DNA of 64,000 nucleotides, taken from positions 3,945 through 67,944 of the forward strand of contig DATDZA010000016.1 in the NCBI GenBank assembly GCA_035288865.1. The letters run 5' to 3'. Below, one piece after another: positions 1-7,281 of the stretch. Position 1 is the stretch's first letter. Each line of letters begins with the position of its first letter. Both the position numbers and the translations under genes were made by a program. This DNA is from Candidatus Nanoarchaeia archaeon (GTDB lineage Archaea; Nanobdellota; Nanobdellia; Woesearchaeales; GW2011-AR4). The notes below the pieces were generated by a model that was given only the letters and a program-made list of their open reading frames with translations, did not search any database and was not told the origin of the DNA.

Positions 1-2
1 TA

Positions 3-1775
3 ATAGATTGCGGCGGAGGAATAGTTGAAAATCCAGATAATGTTGAATTATTAAGAAAAAACGGAACTGTATTCTGGCTTAGGGCTCACGTAAGCGTGCT
101 TTCCAACAGGATAAAAGGAGCTAAGCAAAGGCCTTCGTTAACCGGAAAAAAATCATTTATTGACGAAATTGATGAAGTCTTGGCAAAAAGAATTCCACTA
201 TACCATAAAGCTTCTGATTTTGCAGTTGAGACAAGCAATGAAACGCCGTTGCAGGCAGCCGAGATGATAATAAAATTAATCCAGAAGCGGCCGATAAAAA
301 CAAAAATATGCGCTGTGATAGCGGCAGATAATGTCCAAGACTCAATTGATGATATTAAGAAAGCAGAATCTGTAGATTTAACAGAGTTAAGGCTGGATTT
401 TATTAAGAATATTGATGAAAATAAAATTAGTGTATTAATGAGAGATAAAAAACAAAAAATGATTGTTACTTGCAGGCCAGTTGCGTTTGGAGGCTTATTC
501 AAAGGAAAAGAGAAAAAAAGATTTGCATTGCTAAGCAAAGCAATCGGCCTTGAAGCAGATTTTATTGATGTTGAATTTGGATCGGAAATTGTTACCAGCA
601 TTATTAAAAATAAAAAATCGTCAAAAATAATAATTTCGCATCATGATTTTAAAGGAACTCCGTCGCTGGAAAAGCTGGAATCAATCTGCAGTCAAATCAA
701 CAAGTTAAATCCTGATTTGATAAAGATTGTAACAACTGCAAATTCTATCAATGATAATTTTGTAATATTTGACTTACTAAAAAATAAAAATAATTTAATT
801 GCATTTTGCATGGGGCAAAAAGGGGAGATTTCAAGGATATTGGCTCCAAAGTTTGGCTCGGTTATTACCTATTGCAGTATAGGAAAAAATAAAGAATCTG
901 CCGAAGGGCAAATTACTTTAGAAGAAATGAAAAATCTTTATCATTTTGATTCAATCAATCCGCAAACTGATGTAATTGGAATAATAGGGGAATTTGCCGA
1001 GAATTCAATGTCAAAGTACATGCATAATCCTAACTTCGAAAGAAACAATCTGAATTTTGTATATGTTCCATTAAAGGTGACCTCAAATGAATTAAAAGGC
1101 TTCATGGAAAATTTCAAAAGCTTCAATTTCAAAGGCGCTGCGGTTACAATTCCGCACAAAGAAAGCATAATCAGCCTAATATATAATGTAGATGAAACTG
1201 CAGATGAGATTGGAGCTGTAAACACTTTGGTTAATGATAACGGGAAAATCATAGGCTACAATACTGATTATTATGGTGCTGTTGAATCACTAAAAGAAAA
1301 ATTAAATCCAAACAATAAAAAAGTCTTGGTTATCGGAGCAGGCGGAGCTGCAAGGGCTGTTGTTTATGGATTAAAAAAAGAAGGAGCTGATATTACAATT
1401 GTTAACAGGACAGAGGACAAGGCCAAAGAGATTGCGGATGAATTTAATGTTGATTTCGACAAAATGGAAAATATAAAATCATTAACAAGGCAAAATGAGA
1501 TAATAGTTAATACAACCAGCTTGGGAATGAGCCCATTTGAAGATGGATGCGCATTAAAAGAAGATGAATTGCCGGAAGGAAAAATGGTCATGGATGTTGT
1601 CTACAAGCCGGTTATTACAAAACTTATTAAGCTTGCACAAAAAAAGAGATGCAGGACAATTACCGGGGACAGGATGCTTATCTATCAAGCAGTAAGGCAG
1701 TTTGAATTATGGACTGGAATTAATCCAGGATTTAAGGAAATGGAAAAAGAATTAAGTAAAAAAATGGATAAATAA
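3..1775 (+). CDS. Fusion protein: shikimate kinase (AroK-type, C-terminal part visible), 3-dehydroquinate dehydratase type I, shikimate 5-dehydrogenase. The 5' end lies outside the window.
   Basis: Frame 3 is open from base 3. The first ~95 codons (IDCGGGIVENPDNV..VFWLRAHVSVLSNRIKGAKQRPSL..KRIPLYHKASDF) resemble the C-terminal half of P-loop shikimate kinase. A type I dehydroquinase-like region follows (KICAVIAA, ISHHDFKGTP, KIVT). Then comes a shikimate dehydrogenase region (AAVTIPHKE, NTL, GYNTDYYG, VIGAGGAARA). Confidence 0.85.
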   Translation: MDCGGGIVENPDNVELLRKNGTVFWLRAHVSVLSNRIKGAKQRPSLTGKKSFIDEIDEVLAKRIPLYHKASDFAVETSNETPLQAAEMIIKLIQKRPIKTKICAVIAADNVQDSIDDIKKAESVDLTELRLDFIKNIDENKISVLMRDKKQKMIVTCRPVAFGGLFKGKEKKRFALLSKAIGLEADFIDVEFGSEIVTSIIKNKKSSKIIISHHDFKGTPSLEKLESICSQINKLNPDLIKIVTTANSINDNFVIFDLLKNKNNLIAFCMGQKGEISRILAPKFGSVITYCSIGKNKESAEGQITLEEMKNLYHFDSINPQTDVIGIIGEFAENSMSKYMHNPNFERNNLNFVYVPLKVTSNELKGFMENFKSFNFKGAAVTIPHKESIISLIYNVDETADEIGAVNTLVNDNGKIIGYNTDYYGAVESLKEKLNPNNKKVLVIGAGGAARAVVYGLKKEGADITIVNRTEDKAKEIADEFNVDFDKMENIKSLTRQNEIIVNTTSLGMSPFEDGCALKEDELPEGKMVMDVVYKPVITKLIKLAQKKRCRTITGDRMLIYQAVRQFELWTGINPGFKEMEKELSKKMDK

Positions 1776-1778
1776 CCA

Positions 1779-2315
1779 ATGGATAAAACAAAATATATTA
1801 TTTGGCTAACTGGAGCTTCCGGGGTTGGTAAAACCACTTTGCTTTCTGATTTAAAGGAAAAACATTCCAATAAAAGCAATTGGGAATTTGTAAAGTTCGA
1901 CTCAATTGGTGTTCCATCAACTGAAGATATGATTAAAAAATATGGCTCCGGAGAAAACTGGCAACGGTCTAAGACTTATGAATGGATAGGTAAAATGGTT
2001 AACGGCTATCCCGGAAAAGAAGTCATAATTATGGATGGCCAGGCGAATTTAAAATTCATAAAAAAAGGATTTAAAAAACAAAACTTTAAAAATTATCAGA
2101 TTGTACTTATCGACTGCGAGCAGGACATAATGATAAAAAGGCTCATCGATGAACGACAACAAGCAGGGCTTGCCAGCGAAGAAATGAAAAATTGGTTAAA
2201 ATTGTTACGGCACCAAGCCCAAAATTTTAGCGCACCAATTATTGAAACCTCGCATATTAGCCCAAGCCAAGTTGTGGAAAAATTTGAAAATATATTAAAA
2301 AATAATCAAGTCTAA
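1779..2315 (+). CDS. P-loop NTPase/kinase-like protein of unassigned family
   Basis: 178-aa ORF starting 4 nt after the upstream stop. N-terminal Walker A motif LTGASGVGKTT. Confidence 0.6.
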   Translation: MDKTKYIIWLTGASGVGKTTLLSDLKEKHSNKSNWEFVKFDSIGVPSTEDMIKKYGSGENWQRSKTYEWIGKMVNGYPGKEVIIMDGQANLKFIKKGFKKQNFKNYQIVLIDCEQDIMIKRLIDERQQAGLASEEMKNWLKLLRHQAQNFSAPIIETSHISPSQVVEKFENILKNNQV

Positions 2316-2344
2316 AATAAAAATCAAATCAAAAAGGTGGAATC

Positions 2345-3439
2345 ATGCCAGGAAATTCATTTGGAAAACTATTCAAGATAACGAATTGGGGAGAGAGTCA
2401 TGGAAAGGCAATTGGAGTCGTAGTAGATGGCTGTCCTCCGATGCTAGGATTAAATGAAGATTACATCCAAAAATCATTAAACAGGCGCGCTCCAGGACAA
2501 AGTGAAGTCACAACACAACGGCAAGAGCCTGATAAAGTTGAAATTTTATCCGGAGTCTTCAATGGAAAGACAACCGGAACTCCAATCAGCATGATAATTT
2601 TCAACAAGGATTTTAGAAAAGAGGACTACAAGGATATTGCTGCAGCTTTTCGGCCAAGCCATTCTGATTTTACAATGCAAAAAAAGTTTGGGATAAGGGA
2701 TCCTTTAGGAGGGGGAAGAAGTTCGGCCAGATTGACTGCAGGAAATGTTGCAGCGGGCGCGATTGCATACAAAATTCTTAATGAAAGATTTGGAATAGAA
2801 ATCATTGCTTATGTAGTGCAAATTAAAGACATCAGAGCTGAAATTGACTCTGAAAAAGTTTCAAAGAAAGATGTGGATTCAAATATAGTCAGATGCCCAG
2901 ATAAAAATGCAGCAAAACAAATGATTAATCTTGTTGAAGATGCAAAAAATAGCGGCGATTCTGTAGGGGGAATCATTGAATGCATTGTCAGAAATGTTCC
3001 GATTGGGCTGGGCGAGCCAATTTTTGATAAGCTGGAAGCTGATTTGGCAAAGGCAATGCTTTGTATTAATGCAACAAAAGGATTTGAAATCGGTTCCGGG
3101 TTTGAAGGAATTAAAATGTTTGGAAGCCAGCACAATGATGCTTTTGTTATGAAAAACGGAAAAGTTGCAACAAAAACAAACAATTCAGGCGGAGTCCAGG
3201 GTGGAATTTCAAACGGAATGCCAATAATTTTTAGGGTTGCTTTCAAGCCTACCTCAACAATACAAAAAGAGCAGGACACTGTCGATATTAAAGGAAAGTC
3301 TGTAAAACTGGCAGCAAAAGGTCGCCACGATCCGTGCGTTTTGCCGAGGGCCGTCCCAATTGTCGAGGCAATGGCTGCATTGGTTTTGTGCGACCATTAC
3401 CTTGGGCAAAGAGCGCAAAATGGTGATAAGTTTGATTGA
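2345..3439 (+). CDS. aroC: Chorismate synthase
   Basis: 364-aa ORF with [21 protein letters not shown] and GRHDPCV motifs typical of AroC. Confidence 0.95.
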
Positions 3440-4442
3440 TGAATTTCGAAAAGATATTGATAGATTAGATGAAGAAATACTTAAACTACTTTCCAGAAGA
3501 AAAGAATTGGTAAAAAATATTGCAAAATTTAAGGAAAAGCTGGATTTACCTATATTTAATAAAAAAAGGGAGGAAGAAATACTAAAAATAATATCTGGAA
3601 AAGCAAAAGAATTAGGGCTTGATATAAATTCTGTTTCAAATGTTTTTAACTCAATCTTTCAAAGCTCAAGAATCGAGCAGCAAAAGCAGATGATTAAAGT
3701 TGAATGTGGCGTTAAAAAAATCGGATTGATAGGATTTGGAAGATTCGGAAAACTAATTGCAAATCATCTTTCGGATGATTTTGAGTTTTATGTTTACAAC
3801 AAATCAGACAAGAGCAAAGAAATCAGGCAAAATAATGCAACTCAATCATCCTTAAGGGAGGCTTGCCAGAAGGATATTGTAATATTATCAACGCCTATTT
3901 CAGAAATGGAAACTACATTAAAAGCTATAAAGAATTTAATAAAAAAAAACTCCATTGTTGTTGACGTATGCTCCGTAAAGGAATATCCTGTTAAATTAAT
4001 GAAAAATATTCTTCCAAAAAATATACAGATTTTGGCAACACACCCCATGTTTGGGCCTGATACAGCCTCTGATTCGCTGGAAGGAAGAAAAATAGTATTG
4101 TGCAGGGTAAGAATAAAAGATGAAGCATATTCTCAGATTAAGAGATTTCTGGAAAGCAAGTTATTGAATGTAATAGAAACATCTCCTCAAAAGCATGATG
4201 AGGAAATTGCAAAATCTCTGGTCTTAACACATTTTATCGGAAGGGCATTGATTGACATGAAAGCATCTGCTCTGGAAATTGATACAAGGGGCTATCGGGA
4301 TTTAATTAGAATTTTAGACACCGTGAAGAATGATACCTGGCAATTATTCGAGGATATGAATAAATTCAACAAATATTCAAAAAACATAAAGAAAAAATTT
4401 GTCCGGTCACTAACTAATGTAGATAATAGGCTGAAACAATGA
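3420..4442 (+). CDS. tyrA: Bifunctional chorismate mutase (AroQ) / prephenate dehydrogenase
   Basis: ATG at 3420 chosen because [31 protein letters not shown] matches an AroQ mutase helix. It overlaps the aroC end by 20 nt. Rossmann motif GLIGFGRFG and the HPMFGPD motif of TyrA are present. Confidence 0.88.
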
Positions 4443-5254
4443 AAATCGCATACCAGGGAATAAAAGGAGCTTACAGCGAGGCAGCGGTGTACAAGCATTT
4501 TGGAAACAAGATAGATGCAATCGGGTTTGAAACATTTGAGGAAGTTTTTGAGGCCGTCAAATCAGACAAAGCTGAATTTGGAGTAGTGCCGGTTGATAAC
4601 ACTATAGCAGGAACTGTTGCCACAAACTGCGATTTGCTTTTGAAGCAGGATGTTTACGTAATTGCAGAAATATATTTAGATATACAGCATAATCTCCTTT
4701 CACACAGAGGAAATTCTATAAAAGACATCAAGCTCGTTTATTCACATCCGCATGCGCTTGAGCAGTGCAGGGAATTCATAAGAAAGAACAATATTAAGCC
4801 AATACCGGAATATGATACAGCAGGAGCTGCAAAGATTGTAAAAGAAAGAAACAGGAAAGAAGAGGCAGCAGTCGCATCTGAATTCTGCGCGAAAATTTAT
4901 GATTTGGATGTAATCGAAAAAGATATTTCAACAGCAAAAAATAACATCACTAAGTTTTTTGTTTTTGTTAATAGTGATAATGTTCCAAGAAATATTAAGC
5001 AGGAAAAGACAAGCATTGTTTTCAGGACCAAGCATTATCCGGGGGCATTAATAAATTGTCTGCAGCGGCTTGCGAAGCATGGAATAAACCTGACCAAATT
5101 GGAATCCAGGCCCGTTCCTGAAAATGCATGGGAGTATTCTTTCTATGCAGACTTTGAAAGCGGCTTGGAAGAGGAAAAAGTAAAGCTTGCATTAAGTGAG
5201 ATGGAAGCTTCATGTGAATTTCTCAAGATTCTTGGAAGCTATCCTAAAGGTTAA
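4439..5254 (+). CDS. pheA: Prephenate dehydratase with C-terminal ACT domain
   Basis: Starts [16 protein letters not shown] with an ATGA overlap onto the upstream stop. C-terminal regulatory region contains LESRP. Confidence 0.9.
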   Translation: MKIAYQGIKGAYSEAAVYKHFGNKIDAIGFETFEEVFEAVKSDKAEFGVVPVDNTIAGTVATNCDLLLKQDVYVIAEIYLDIQHNLLSHRGNSIKDIKLVYSHPHALEQCREFIRKNNIKPIPEYDTAGAAKIVKERNRKEEAAVASEFCAKIYDLDVIEKDISTAKNNITKFFVFVNSDNVPRNIKQEKTSIVFRTKHYPGALINCLQRLAKHGINLTKLESRPVPENAWEYSFYADFESGLEEEKVKLALSEMEASCEFLKILGSYPKG

Positions 5255-5308
5255 TAAACAGCAATCTTTTTATACTCCCAATTCAATTTCCAAATAGGTG
5301 ATAACATT

Positions 5309-5518
5309 ATGTGCATGTGCAAAAAATGTATGACAATATGCGGAGGATTGTTTTTAGTTTTGGGTGTCTTGTTCCTATTGAGGGACCTCGGTAAATGGAA
5401 TTTCTGGAACATCCAGTGGTATACAGCTATATTGATAGTTGTTGGCGTAGGGCACATTGCATCAAGCAAATGTCCTGACTGCGAGATGGCAAGAACCGGT
5501 AAGATGGGAAAGAAGTAA
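5309..5518 (+). CDS. Small Cys-rich membrane protein (hypothetical)
   Basis: 69-aa ORF with a CxCxxC N-terminus, two hydrophobic segments and a C-terminal CPDC. A long T-rich tract follows at 5523-5545. Confidence 0.4.
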   Translation: MCMCKKCMTICGGLFLVLGVLFLLRDLGKWNFWNIQWYTAILIVVGVGHIASSKCPDCEMARTGKMGKK

Positions 5519-5635
5519 ATTCTTCTTTTTATTTTTTTTCTTTGATAACATGTATATCACAGAAATCTTTGATTTCTGGGAATTTAAAAAATGCATAATT
5601 TTTTAAATAACAAAAAATCAATTCGGGTTCTTGAT

Positions 5636-5805
5636 GCCGGGATGGCACAACCTGGTACTGCGTAAGCCTGGAAGACTTATTTACCAGTGAAAGCTTATTT
5701 CCGAAAGGATATCTGGGTTCAAAATTATTGGCGGCTGCAGCACAAAGCATGAGCTTCGTTGCCTGACTTAACACAACCGCTAATCTGAAAGTCCCAGCCC
5801 CGGCG
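5636..5805 (+). tRNA. tRNA-Ser(GGA) precursor gene with two introns: ~18 nt in the anticodon loop (about 5674-5691) and 68 nt in the T-loop at position 59/60 (5724-5791)
   Basis: Cloverleaf read by eye:
- Acceptor GCCGGGA/CCCCGGC, with 6 Watson-Crick pairs plus A7.C66.
- D arm GCAC-AACCUGGUA-CUGC.
- Anticodon stem UAAGC (5663-67) / GCUUA (5693-97); spliced loop CUGGAAA.
- Class II variable arm UU-UCC-GAAA-GGA-UAU.
- T stem CUGGG (5713-17) / CCCAG (5793-97); spliced T-loop UUCAAAU.
- Discriminator G73.

Exons of 84 nt plus introns of 18 and 68 nt sum exactly to 170 nt. TATA-like TTTAAATA lies at 5602-5609 and a T7 run at 5806-5812. The region is visibly more GC-rich than its surroundings. Confidence 0.7.
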
Positions 5806-5875
5806 TTTTTTTCTTTTAATTTATTCAATGAATTTAACATTAAATTATTATACATCCAAATTAATTATTATATTT

Positions 5876-6373
5876 ATGAACAGAACTAAAACAAATCAAA
5901 CTCTAGACCCAAAAACAACCATAGGCCATGTTCATCTCAAAGTGGCCGAACTGGAAAGAGCTGTTAAATTTTACACGGAGATTTTAGGATTCGAAGTAAT
6001 GACTAGAGTCGGAACTACTGCTGCGTTTTTGTCAGCGGGCGGTTATCATCATCACATTGGATTGAACACGTGGGAAAGCGAAAATGGAAATCCTCCGCCG
6101 CCAGGAAGTACCGGATTGTATCATTTTGCAATTCTTGTCCCGAACAGAAAGGAGCTTGCACGAGCATTAAAACGATTGATGGACCATAATTATACAATTG
6201 AAGGCTTGTCAGACCACGGAGTGAGCGAAGCCATATACATAAGCGACCCGGATGGAAACGGAATTGAAATTTATGCAGACAGGCCAAGAAACAAATGGCC
6301 GAAAGATGCAAAAGGAGATATTGAAATGTACACCAAAAGGCTTGATGTTGAAAATTTAATGAAGGAATTATGA
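5876..6373 (+). CDS. VOC (glyoxalase/bleomycin-resistance/extradiol dioxygenase) family protein
   Basis: Motifs HVHLKVAELERAVKFYTEILGFEV, GGYHHHIGLNTW, YHFAILV and SDPDGNGIEIY. The internal ATG at 5876 is preferred over the 5828 start. Confidence 0.8.
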   Translation: MNRTKTNQTLDPKTTIGHVHLKVAELERAVKFYTEILGFEVMTRVGTTAAFLSAGGYHHHIGLNTWESENGNPPPPGSTGLYHFAILVPNRKELARALKRLMDHNYTIEGLSDHGVSEAIYISDPDGNGIEIYADRPRNKWPKDAKGDIEMYTKRLDVENLMKEL

Positions 6374-6590
6374 TAACATATTCGTAATGGTTTTTTTCTT
6401 GAAAATCTTTTTTAATTCAATTTTACTCCTTAAGTTAGTTTAATTCATTCACATTAAACTTACCAGGATTACCGGGAAACAGTGCATATTTCAATATATA
6501 ATTTGTATAACCACTCAAAAAATCCACAAGAACTTACGATATCCACCAAAAAAAATTAATTAATTAAGATACGACAAAGCCACCCCTCAA

Positions 6591-6700
6591 TTAAATAAGT
6601 ATTTAAATAAGTAATAAAATAAGTAAATTCTGTTTTTAGTATGAATTTCAAACCACAAGACTTATAAATAAGTATTTTACTAAGTAAATAAATAAGTATA
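6591..6700. repeat. Cluster of AAATAAGTA motifs, including three tandem 12-nt units
   Basis: AAATAAGTA occurs at 6593, 6605 and 6617 (exact 12-nt spacing), and again at 6666 and 6690. TAAGTA occurs at 6681. The cluster ends directly before the ATG at 6701. Confidence 0.6.
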
Positions 6701-6868
6701 ATGGCAGAATTCAAAAGGAAGCTTTACAGGAGAGGTTCTAGCTTTGAGACTACAATCCCCATGCCAATTATTGCATTTCTTGATTTAAAAAAAAAGTATG
6801 ACATTATTTTTGTCTATGATGAGCAATCAAATAGATGGTATTTAAAATTTGAAGATAGAGTGAAATAA
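6701..6868 (+). CDS. Small AbrB/SpoVT-like DNA-binding protein (55 aa; below the ORF-track cutoff)
   Basis: Hand translation gives MAEFKRKLYRRGSSFETTIPMPIIAFLDLKKKYDIIFVYDEQSNRWYLKFEDRVK. The segment RRGSSFETTIPMPI resembles the swapped-hairpin AbrB/MazE motif. Confidence 0.45.
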   Translation: MAEFKRKLYRRGSSFETTIPMPIIAFLDLKKKYDIIFVYDEQSNRWYLKFEDRVK

Positions 6869-6938
6869 AATATTTACATAAAAATTAAAAAATAGAATAT
6901 TAAAATTATAAAAAACAAAATAAAACGAGGTGGATTAA

Positions 6939-7277
6939 ATGAGCAGGCGCTTTGAAGAAATTATAGACGTGCTGGATTATGATGAATTGATGCGTTTTAA
7001 GTCCGACCTGGACAGCGGCGGCATAACTACTAAGAAATTAATGGAAGAAAAAATAAAAAAGAAATTGAAAGAGCATGAGAAAATATGTGCAACCTGCTCG
7101 AACACTCTGAATTTCTACAAATCAAATAATTACACAATCATATTTGGCCCAGATGATTTCAAGAAAAAAGCCAGCTTCTGCGGCCTGGACTGCCTGGAAT
7201 ATTTTATAATAAAACTAAAGGAAATGAACGACAAGCCCAAAGAAGACAATGTAAGTAACACCGGCAGTTACATGTGA
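6939..7277 (+). CDS. Hypothetical protein with a putative Cys4 zinc-binding motif
   Basis: 112-aa ORF with a GAGGTGG Shine-Dalgarno-like motif upstream. Contains CATC..(26 aa)..CGLDC. Confidence 0.5.
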   Translation: MSRRFEEIIDVLDYDELMRFKSDLDSGGITTKKLMEEKIKKKLKEHEKICATCSNTLNFYKSNNYTIIFGPDDFKKKASFCGLDCLEYFIIKLKEMNDKPKEDNVSNTGSYM

Positions 7278-7281
7278 AAGC

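Noticed and set aside
3360-3419. Upstream extension of the chorismate mutase/TyrA ORF, overlapping 80 nt of aroC
   Set aside because: The extension ([20 protein letters not shown]) overlaps the conserved aroC C-terminus in another frame. The chorismate mutase helix begins at the ATG at 3420.
5724-5791. C/D-box sRNA embedded in the 68-nt tRNA-Ser intron (two CUGA motifs at 5762 and 5785)
   Set aside because: There is no convincing C box: only AUGAGC is present, not RUGAUGA. The spacing to the putative D' box is 8-9 nt rather than about 12 nt.
5636-5812. Alternative identities for the structured RNA: SRP RNA, RNase P RNA (GAAAGUCC at 5787-5794), or a riboswitch upstream of the VOC gene
   Set aside because: The SRP helix-8 motifs (GNAR loop with AGCA/CAGG internal loops) could not be placed. 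The GAAAGUCC match sits at the 3' end rather than in a CR-I context, and no CR-IV/V partners are present. I could not place the diagnostic motifs of the riboswitch classes I compared by eye (cobalamin B12 box in its expected 3' position, the TPP CUGAGA box, the FMN element). The two-intron tRNA model accounts for every base, which none of these does.
5529-5855. 108-aa minus-strand ORF from the ORF track
   Set aside because: It lies exactly over the GC-rich segment that folds as an intron-containing tRNA-Ser on the plus strand, complete with its own TATA box and T-run. The peptide has no recognisable motif, so the ORF is probably spurious.
6591-6700. AAATAAGTA repeat cluster as a CRISPR array
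   Set aside because: The units are only 9-12 nt with no unique spacers, and there are no cas genes. I recognised no CRISPR-like repeat-spacer array anywhere in the window.
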